DNA from: Antechinus flavipes
Taxonomy: Eukaryota
DNA: 64,000 nucleotides
Direction: 5' to 3'
NCBI RefSeq assembly: GCF_016432865.1
Contig: NC_067401.1
Coordinates: forward strand, 52,080,001-52,144,000
The translations under genes and the position numbers were made by a program. Each line of letters begins with the position of its first letter. The first letter of the stretch is position 1. The notes below the pieces were generated by a model that saw nothing but the letters and a program-made list of their open reading frames with translations, searched no databases and had not been told where the DNA came from. This document shows, in pieces, positions 28,353 through 38,820 of this stretch.

Positions 28353-29957
28353 GTAAGTCTCCCCCTTTTTCTCCTTAGCCATCCCTCCCAGCTATCAACT
28401 TCCCTCCTCTTAAAGGTATACCCTAAGTCTCAAGCCCAGATCTAGATACAGCCTATAACTCCTCAGACCAAGTGCCAGGGAATGGTGGGAAACTAACCCT
28501 CCTCTCCCTCCCAGCATCTCCCCATGCTCTCTGCCTCCCTACCCTGAACTCTCTCTGTCATTCTCTCAAAGGACCGAGTCACATGGTGGCAACCCTGCCA
28601 TTCTGAACCTAACAGAGCAAGAAAAGAGAGGATTACCTTAGTGTAACGACAAGAGTTCTGAACCTGGGTTCAAATCCAGGCTTGACCTGAGAAACCTTGG
28701 GTCTTTAATTCTCTGAACTTCAGTTTTCTAATCTGCAAAATACAGATAATACTTGGCCTACCAAATTCAGAGAGTTTCTGTGAAGATCAAGAGGGATGAG
28801 ACATATAAAGCAATGAAATAAATGCTCTATAAATGTGAGCTACTAAGCTATTATTATCTCCCAATTACGAGTGACTCGCCAGGGCCTGGGCTTTCAGATA
28901 AGGCGGGAACGTACTTCCTATTCCAGCTACACATTTGTAGCCAACAGGAACTAGGGAGCAGGTTTTATGCTATCACAGTTTGACTGATCTCCAGCTCTAA
29001 TGGGCTGACACATCACCCTCCATGCAGAGGCTACTGAGCCACCCCTCTCTCCTCTCTACCAAGAGTGTTTGCACGATACAGAGCCAGCCCTGCACCCAGG
29101 AGAGGCTTCAGTTGGTGCTTTTGGGCTAGGCCCTTCTAGTGCCCCCCTTCCACCCATATGGAAGGTTCTGGGAGATGGAAGGAGCTTTCCAACTGAAGAT
29201 CAATACCTCACCTAAACCCAAAGGATGGCAGAAGCCTAAGGAGGTTCAAACCCTGAAAGGCTAAGGAAGTAATAAGCTTCCTAAGGAAACAAAAAAAAAG
29301 TTCTGGGTTAGGAGGCCGTAGTTGAAATGAGCTGGAATGAGATGCTTGGGCCCCCTAAATAGAACCTGAATAGGATGGAAGCATCCACTCTAAATGTTCA
29401 CGGTTCTCTGGTACCTTCCTTTCCCCAGACTGGATGATGAGCATGTCAGAGAGGGCTTTCTGAGGAAGACTAGCTAACAGCCTGCCTCTCAGGCCAGGGG
29501 GAAAGCGCTTTAAATATGCACTCTGGGGGTGGCATGTGAACCCCAGAGTTCAGGAAGCCTGAAGCAAAGCCTGATGTTTCCGAGCCTCGCCCAATACTTC
29601 TTCCCTTACCTGCCCCGAGGGCTCCGTTTGCATGTCTGAGGAGGCCCCTGGAACTCTCTTCCAGGACTTGGAACAAAGCTAAAAGGACAGGCTCAGACCA
29701 GCTGCCCTTTCAGACCCGCATGTGCTAGATGGAATGTGGACTTTTTAGAAGGGAGGGAGGGGAGGAGGGGAGTGGTTTGGGGCGCGGGGGGTTAGAAAAT
29801 GAGGCCGTCGGAACTCAGGAGGGATATCGGGGTTAGAGCGGATGAAGCGTGGGGTGGGGAATGCTGGGATTGGGGGGCGGAATGCTGGGCCTGGAAAGTG
29901 GAATGTCGGGGCCTGTGGAAAGCGAGGGGAGGAATGCCAGGATTGAAGGTGGAATGT

Positions 29958-30086
29958 NNNNNNNNNNNNNNNNNNNNNNNNNNNNNNNNNNNNNNNNNNN
30001 NNNNNNNNNNNNNNNNNNNNNNNNNNNNNNNNNNNNNNNNNNNNNNNNNNNNNNNNNNNNNNNNNNNNNNNNNNNNNNNNNNNNNN
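29958..30086. other. Assembly gap (129 N) inside the KCND3 intron; other gaps at 8302-8430, 9274-9597, 62711-62916 and 63056-63189
   Basis: N runs read directly from the sequence. Confidence 0.99.
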
Positions 30087-30830
30087 TAGAGCTTTTTAAA
30101 AATTCAATTCCTGTTTTTCTCTCTGATTCCTGTGGCATATGTGGACTGTTCTCTTTCTATCACCGAGTCCGGTTTCCTTGCATGCGTTGTCACTTCTCCC
30201 GGGGCTGGTCCCGCACTCCGCTGTCCCGGCGGGGGCCGGCTCAGGCTTCCAACTTTCTGTGCACACCTTCTCGGCCATCTTTCTCTCCCGACTTTCTCCT
30301 TCTACCTTGCTGGGGACGCGGTGGGGCTGGTGGAACACGGCACTTGTCTCGGTATCCTGTGAGTGTCCGTGTGCCTTCTCTGTCTGCGCCCCCTCCTTCG
30401 CTCTCTGGGCTGCTGGGCTAGCCTCTGCTCCCGTCCGACTCTCCTCTCCACCCTGGCAGCCTTCGCCGGGGCTCCTCGGCAGACACCCGCAGGGCAGCCT
30501 CCAGCTTCACGGGGTTCCTCGTCCACGGGCCCCCTTTGTCCGCTCCGGAGGAGCCTCCTCAGCGCGGCTGCTCTCACCAGGAGAGGGCGTGACTCTAAGG
30601 AGTCCCGCGTTCGCCCCCCCAGCAGTCCGGCCCCTCTCCCCTCCCCCTGTCAAAACACCTACGTTAGGGAAGCCCGTCCTCCTAACATCCAACCCTACCG
30701 CGGTGGGGAATATGGCCGCCCCCCCTTCAGTGTATCACGTGGTGACACAGTTATTAAGCACTTGTTATGTAGCTAAGCCATCATGCTAGAGAGGGGAAGA
30801 AGTGTGAAGTCCTCATCAACCTATCTCTAC

Positions 30831-30996
30831 CTCTGGTGATGTCACCAAGCTCACCTCTGATGATGTCACCAAGTCAAACTAGTGATGTCACCAAGGCAAC
30901 CGCTGATGATGTCACCAAATTCAGCTCTGGTGATGTCACCAGGCTCGCCTCTGATGATGTCACCAAATCCATCTCTGGTGATGTCACCAAATCCCC
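30831..30996 (+). repeat. Minisatellite, 7 copies of a 24-nt unit (third copy 22 nt), invariant core TGATGTCACCA
   Basis: Units start at 30831, 30855, 30879, 30901, 30925, 30949 and 30973. Confidence 0.92.
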
Positions 30997-31114
30997 TTCT
31001 GGTGGCCAAGCAGTCATACTTTCCCCCAGCCTAGGTTCCCACACTCAAGCATCCATGTCCTCCAGCACCCAGAGTAAGCCCTGACTCATAATCATTTGGA
31101 CAGTTCAATCATAG

Positions 31115-31651
<537 letters not shown>

Positions 31652-31965
31652 TGAGTGCGTCCTATTCCGCCCCCCCTCCCCCAGGAGTTTTCAGGCCCAC
31701 ACAGGAGGGGCCATTCCGCGGCCTCCCTCCCTCTCCTTATGCTCCAAGAGCATCCCATGACGCCGGGTTGCTGCAAGGATTGGAATTAGAAATCAGGAAG
31801 GCTATTACTGAGGCTGTAAAATAATCCGTCCTTGCTCAGAAAGTAGACTTCATTATGAGTCAATTCTTATTGACTTAACAAATAGACAGTATTTATGTAA
31901 CACTTTAAAGTCCTTAAAAGTACTTACTTTACAACAAAACTGGGAGGTAGATGCTAGTGTCCCAT

Positions 31966-32612
31966 TTCTAAATATATAGATATTTATATAGAAAGATAAA
32001 CTTATATAGTTAGATAAATTATATAGGTAATATATAGATAAATTTCTAAATATATAGATATTTATATAGAAAGATAAACTTATATAGTTAGATAAATTAT
32101 ATAGGTAATATATATAGATAAATTTCTAAATATATATTTATATAGAAAGATAAACTTATATAGTTAGATAAATTATATAGGTAATATGTATAGATAAATT
32201 TCTAAATACATAGATATTTATATAGAAAGATAAACTTATATAGTTAGATAAATTATATAGGTAATATGTATAGATAAATTTCTAAATATATAGATATTTA
32301 TATAGAAAGATAAACTTATATAATTAGATAAATTATATAGGTAATATAGATAAATTTCTAAATATATAGATATTTATATAGAAAGATAAACTTATATAGT
32401 TAGATAAATGATATAGGTAATATGTATAGATAAATTTCTAAATATATAGATATTTATATAGATAAACTTATATAGTTAGATAAATTATATAGGTAATATA
32501 TGTAGATAAATTTCTAAATATATAGATATTTATATAGAAAAATAAACTTATATAGTTAGATAAATTATATAGGTAATATATATACATTTCTAAATATATA
32601 GATATTTATAGA
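31966..32612. repeat. AT-rich minisatellite, about 8.3 copies of a 76-80 nt unit
   Basis: TTCTA unit starts at 31966, 32044, 32124, 32200, 32280, 32356, 32436, 32512 and 32588. Confidence 0.93.
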
Positions 32613-33471
32613 TTAGGAAATGAGGCTGAGGACCATAGCTCTACAAGTCACACTGCCAGTGTCTGAGGCAGGTTCTGAACTCGGATCTTCTTACTCTAAG
32701 TACAGCCTTCTTATCTACTTACTACGCTATTCAAATGATTTAATTTCCATGATCTGACCAGTAATGTCTCCACAATCCTACGTTCTAATAGGCAGCCATT
32801 ATAAATTGCCATATAAAAAGCCAGCACCTGACTGTGAACCCCCGATGATAATCCTTTCTAAACTTAGCTTCAAATGACATCCGTCCGGCCTGAGCTGGAC
32901 CCCACAAGCTTTTCCAGTCCCAGGGGGGACTTTCGAGAGCTGCTACTGCCCTGGCTTATCCTTTGAGAATCCAACAAGGATGCATCACTGTAGGACGTTA
33001 GTGAACGACTTGGCGCTTAGTGACTGGTTTTGAATCAAAGCCTGATGCTCCACCCCTAATCCTTACTGCCCCATATATATCAGGGCAAAAAAAAAATAAA
33101 AAAATTAGAAAGCAAATTAGAGTGAGAAATTGGTCCCTTGTCTTCAGCTGTATAGGAAACCCCTACAGGCTGGCACCTTGCTCATTTATAGTTTTGAAGA
33201 AGGGTATCAACAAGCTAAGTGGACTCACCCGTGGTCATATAGTCAGTATGTGTTTTATTTATATACATATTATATAATTACATATTTTTATATAAAATAT
33301 TAAATATCTATTTTTAATTAAGCATTATTTTGGGGATCTTCTGAGTTCTGTTAAGCTACAGTAATGGGAAAAAATGAAAGATGTCCTGAATAAGAAACCT
33401 AGGAGTTTGAGGGAACCATGGGTAGAAAGGAAGACCTGGCCCCTTAATTCTTTTTTTTTTATCCACCCCAG

Positions 33472-33673
33472 TCGTTCCAGCCTTAATTTGAAAACAGATG
33501 ATGGACTGAGACCCAACTGCAAAGGATCCCAGATCACTACAGCCATCATCAGCATCCCCACTCCCCCAGCGCTGACCCCGGAGGGGGAGAGCCGACCGCC
33601 ACCATCTAGCCCCGGCTCCACCACGAACATTCCCCCCATAGGCAGCAACATCGTCAAGGTCTCCGCCTTGTAA
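33472..33673 (+). CDS. KCND3: KCND3 last coding exon, 202 nt to TAA
   Basis: ccccag|TCGTTCC...GCCTTGTAA. Ends ...NIVKVSAL (class I PDZ ligand). The five exons total 805 nt; added to the 1106-nt first coding exon I recall from human, this gives the 636-aa short isoform. Confidence 0.97.
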
Positions 33674-36600
33674 AGCCACTGAGGGAAGGGCTGATGGAAG
33701 GGCTGGTAGGAGGGATGGGGAGGTGAAGGGAGCCTGTGGGGCCAGGCTATTCCCTTCTCCTTCCCCTGCCACTCCTGCCCGTCCAGGTTGTACCCCTCGC
33801 ACTGAAACTGTGCCTGCAAGCAGAAGGAGACACTACTGCAACCGCTTCCAGAGGGGACAGAGCCCTGGGCATCACTCCCCCACTCTGGAGACACACAGAG
33901 GCAGGGTGGGGAGGCAGGGGATGGGGAATTGGGGAGGGGCCGTGTGCCAGGCCGAGGCCTGGCAGGGTATGATGGGGGAGAACCTCAGATCAAACTAATG
34001 ATTGTTTCTGGAGACTCCAGCAAGGAAAACCCAAGAACAAGAGAGCAGCACAGAGGCCGAGAGATCACACGCAAAACAGGAAGGAAATATTAACACTGTG
34101 TATTTAAGCACCTTTTTCAAGGCTTTTAATGGATAATATTTATTCATGGGACATGACTGAAAAAAAAAAAGGTGGAAAACAAAGCAGAAAAACAACAGAT
34201 TTTTGTGAAATGTTTTTCTCCATGGACCCAATACCTTTAACTAAACCAAAACAATGCATTTTATGAGTTTTTTTTCCTCCTTTTATAACAAAAGGCTTTA
34301 TGCCAAGATGTCAGTTGTTACTGAGTTTTCTCTCCTTTCCCCACCCGAGGTGGGTGAAACTGGGCCACTGAGCCTACCGAAGCCTGAGTGACCCACACAG
34401 TAGCCATGTGACCATACTGCAGCGCTTGCTCTCTCCAAGTCTTATATCTTTGTCTCCTTGTCTCTTTGTACCTGGTCACTGCCGCTCCCTTTGTCTCTGT
34501 TCAGCTGTCTCTTTCTATGGCTCTCAGTGCGAATGGCTACCTTGGTCACTGCAGTACAACTGTATGTGGTAAAAAATCCACCGGCTAGTTAATGGGAAAT
34601 TGTGCTTAAAAAAAACAAAAAACAGAATGAGGGAGAAAGCCAAGAAGAGACAAGATGGCACCTCCTAATCATCTGCCCCACTGGTACTTCTGAAGTTTTG
34701 GTTGCAACCAAACTCATTAGCCTAGGATCTTGAAAAAGGAAAAAAATCATTAGAGAATCTTGTATTCTGATGAATAGGAAATAACAAAAAATGGAAGAGA
34801 CTCCATGGAAGACAACTACTCTCCTGTTGTGCTGTTGGTACTGACCATGCAGTCTGTCCAGCCCATAGCCAGGAGCCTCTGGGAAGCTTTCCCTAGACCA
34901 TACATGATGTGGTCAAGGGTCTAAGATACAGCCAACTGGTTTTCACATCAGAGAACCCGACTTAATAAGCTGAGCAAGGTTGGTCATGTGTATTCAGGAA
35001 TGTTTTATTTTAGGGTGTGGAAATCTGGATAGTCCTTAGCTGGTCTGTCCAGTACCAAAGAGAACAGGTAAAGGACACATGTCCCTCTGAGCAAGCATAT
35101 AAATTTGGCTTTTCCTTGGAAAGTTGGACACCACTTTTATGAAGGGGGATATCCCCTTGTCTTTTTCTATTAGTTTCAGCAGAAAAGAGTTGATTAGCTA
35201 ACCTACTACAAATTGATTTTTCTCCAAGTTTTGGGCTCGATAAGCTCACCGCTCCTATTTCCTGGACTCCCTACCTCATGACCACTAATTCACAGCCTGG
35301 TCTATCAAGGATTAAGATGGTCATGTTATCTCCTCGATCCCTTGAAGTTTCTCAGCAGTTCCTCCAAACCTACTGAGCAGCTAAGTGTTTAATCACTCTT
35401 GCAGTTCTCCTGCCTCAGCCCTCTGTAGATGATTTCTTTGGTCAAGAACCTAACTTTACCCTTATTAGGTCTCCCCATGACCCTGGCCCTACATGCTTTT
35501 AAAAGGGGTTTCCCAGTTAGTTCCTAATCACAGGAAATGAAGAGCTTCAGATAGGGCAAAGGAGAGGGAGCCTTTCCAAACTCATCTCATTATGTACTCA
35601 CAGTGCACCCAAACTGGTCCTGGCCTCAGGAACTCCGACATGGAAAGATGTTCCTGCCTTCTGAGCTTAGTGTCTTGGTGGGAAACAAAACATTACTGCA
35701 TAGCCATTGACCATGGATGTATATATACATCAGGGTAGCCATGCAAACCTAAATACACTGAATTGTCAGTGCTTAAAAATTACTAAATAAAGGTAGTGTA
35801 TCAGTGAAGACAAGCAGAAGCGATTGTAGAACAGAACAGGACAATCTTCTAGAGGGCAAATAGGGACTTAGCGTGATTTTTAAGGGCAAAAAGGAAATAA
35901 TTCCAAAGGTCTAGTATCGAGTTAAAATGCTCTGAGAGGAAAAGATTGAGGGAAAGATTGATATTGTATAGCCCTTTCTTGCCTCGGTCATTTTCAAGTT
36001 GTAGCCAGCCTCCTGGTGAGGATTCACCTTGGAAGCAGCAGACTGGTTGTCTGTGCCCAATCTAATACCCAGCCCACACTTGAAGCCCTCAAGCTGTTTT
36101 GGAAGAGCTTTTGAGATCATAGACTTATCTTTGTTTCATGAGGAGGCATCAGAATAGTTATTTTCATGAAGGCAAATAAACACTGAAAAGTCATTCTGGG
36201 TTACAATGAACCTCCCAGTCCAAATATCTTGTCTCACTGTAGAACCAAAGGCTGTTTTGCATGGAAACATCTACAGCATCGATAAAATGAGAATTAAAAA
36301 GAGATTTGGAGATCACATGGAGTTCTACCTCCCAACAAATGGCCCCAAAAGATTTGAGATGCCCCCCAAGCTCTTCTGGGATTGTTGAGATTCCAGATTT
36401 GGGCTTTTCATGACGGCTGAAGGGCCTTATTTTCTTCAGCCATAGAATGAAAAGATTGGGCAAGATGACCTGAGGTACATTCAAGTCTATCGTCCTTTCC
36501 TGGCATCCACTGAATCTCTAACTGCTCCTATCGCACCTGCCCTCCAAACTCCTTCAGTCCTTCCCAATTCCCAACACTTCAACTTGACAATCCACAGCCA

Positions 36601-38820
36601 GAGATGAAACCTTAGTTTTTCTAACCTTAAGGGGACGGCAATAAACTATATATAGGAGAAAAGCCCAAATATAACTGGATCCTTCTAGACAACTTAAGTG
36701 AGTTTAACAAGGTACAACTTCTATATTGAGTGATTATCTTTGCAACTTGGTGGGGAGAGGGGCAAAGGGTTAAGACCAGAATTGATTGGGTCCTTCCTCT
36801 TCTACTAGCTCTGGAAAACTGGTTCTCAAGCTTTTTCCATTCATGAATCTCTGAAGAAATCCCTTAGACAATGTTACACTCGGCCCCACAACCTATCAAA
36901 ACAAAGTTAGAACAAGAACAGAGAACCTGATACTATGTCTTTAACACTACCTGTGTATTACTTTGGAGGTCTAGTGCAAACCTAATAACTAGTCTCTAAA
37001 AAGGTTAAGGGACTTGTCCTAGGAGGTACAGCTCATTAGTAGATGAAAACAAAGCCTATCTCCTGACTCCATTTACCTTCAGAACAGTACTCTGACACAC
37101 CAAAATAAGAGATTCTTTAAACACTCCCTGCCAAATGCCTAGTACAGCAATTGTCACAACGCTCAGCAACCCATGAATAAGTGACCTGGCAATCTGGGTC
37201 AGATTGGAAGCTCAGAGATCACTCTGTGGGAATCCACTGCCTTAATGTGGTATCAGTTCGTGTTTGTATGTACCTAGCTTTTTCGAAGCCAAAAGATGCA
37301 ACTCCCCTTTTAGTCTTTGGGTAGGGTTGAGAAGCACTGACAAACCAGAGTCCTTTTAACCTATTTAGCACTTGCACCTTTCCCAAAACATTTACATCAT
37401 ATATGCCTCTCATAGCCCTATCAGATGAGCAAGGGATTTTGTTCTCTATTTTGCAGTTGGACAAACTGAGGTGACAGGTAGGCTGCAGCTTTATCCAACT
37501 TTCTCCACTGCATTTTCCCCAAGACTATCATACAGAACCTACACTCTGACATTGCCTTTCCAGGGGAAAATCTCATGCAGAGCCATCTATGGGACACCTT
37601 AAATTTCTGCAACTATATCCTTTTCTCCTTCTCCTTGGTATATCTCTGCTTATAAATAAGCCTTTTGAGCTTGGGACAGTTAAGTGACAGCTTGCTCAAA
37701 AGACCAGGCCCCCTCAATTGCAGATTGAGGACTTCAGAATGGCGGCAACCATTTTTGGCTCACTGGGATTACACAAGGGGGTCGAGCCTTATATAGTTGC
37801 TGCCAAAGGAGCTGATCTCTCATGCTTACCTAAAGGACTAACACCAGCACAAAGAGCGAAATTGGGCAATACATCAATAAGCATGTACCAAGTATTTACT
37901 ACATGCCAGGCACTGTGTTTAACACTGGGGATACAAAGAGCTTACATTCTATATAAAAATAGTGGCCATGTAATTTTGACCATTAATTAGCAAAGATGGA
38001 GAATTCATGAACATCTTGATTCCGTTGATCTAATATGTGGATCAACCAAGTCCTTGTTCTCCTGCTCCCTAATGTGGGATCTTTCCACTCTGAGGTAATA
38101 GAGTAGGGAAGGGTTGATTTTTAAACTTCAGATTCAAAGCATGGGTCAAAATTAAGTTTAAGATTCTCTGTAGATTCCAGTGATCCCAGCTCCCCTGTCC
38201 CCTGTAACCAGATAACTGTGAGGTTGGTTATGCATAAGGATTTTTAAAAATATTAAAGAGTTTACCTAGCATAGCCAAATATCCAATCCCACCCAACTAA
38301 ATGGCACTGTGAATATGACCAAGCAGGGAATTGATAGGTTTTTTTTTTTTTTTCCTTTGGGGCTTCTTTGTGGAGAACCTCATCATTTGCAGAGTGTTCC
38401 ATGATTTAAGAGGGAAAAGCATTGTCACGACCCTTAGGAAAAGGCTCATTAGAGAAAAGGACTATCAAAAAACAAAGTGGTTTAAAGAGGTTCTTCCTTA
38501 GTCTTGTTATGTGTCTTTCTCACCAAGTTTGGGACTGGCCTTTGTCTCAGCAAATCACTTACCTATCTGGAATGGGAATCACTCCATTCGGTGAAGGGTG
38601 ATAATCTCAGTCCCAGGAAGATTCCTTGAACCAAGGGACTATTTTACAAAGTTGGGGCTGGGGGAAGAGGGAGGGTTGGTATATTTTTGATAATCAGACA
38701 TTCCAATGCAATGTTCTCTTTAGAGGTCCCCCCACCCCCTTTGTTAATGTTTATTGTGAGAAACATCACGTACGTTCTTCTCTATTTTCGTATAATAAAT
38801 GGGCTTTGCTTACCAACGTC
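33674..38820 (+). other. KCND3: Probable long KCND3 3'UTR
   Basis: Repeat-poor sequence after the stop, with AU-rich blocks (about 34090-34320 and 38740-38900) and AATAAA at 38794-38799. The 3' end is inferred, not observed. Confidence 0.5.
38794..38799 (+). terminator. Candidate distal polyadenylation signal for KCND3
   Basis: Canonical AATAAA in an AU-rich block near the end of the repeat-poor region; other AATAAA hexamers occur further upstream in the UTR. Confidence 0.4.

Noticed and set aside
29429-29476. Strong acceptor-like site (ttcctttccccag) as the missing cassette exon
   Set aside because: TGA at the third codon in the required phase, and no suitable donor nearby.
30132-30175. 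AYVDCSLSITES resembles the Kv4.3L insert SYLVDDPLLSVRTS
   Set aside because: The alignment needs two indels, there is no AG acceptor after the pyrimidine tract and no donor at the right distance; probably chance.
30139-30789. 216-aa ORF and overlapping ORFs in the GC-rich intron patch
   Set aside because: Low-complexity Pro/Ser/Ala/Leu composition, no recognisable domain, and long ORFs are expected where GC content is high.
30831-30996. CRISPR-like reading of the palindromic repeat/spacer array
   Set aside because: The repeats are only 11-14 nt, the spacers are short and related to each other, there are no cas genes, and the context is a mammalian intron.
30836-31084. 82-aa repeat ORF (SDVTK...) as a novel KCND3 exon or microprotein
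   Set aside because: The frame shifts at unit 3, there is no convincing acceptor, and the GTAAGC donor at 31074 would be phase 1 whereas the next KCND3 exon needs phase 0.
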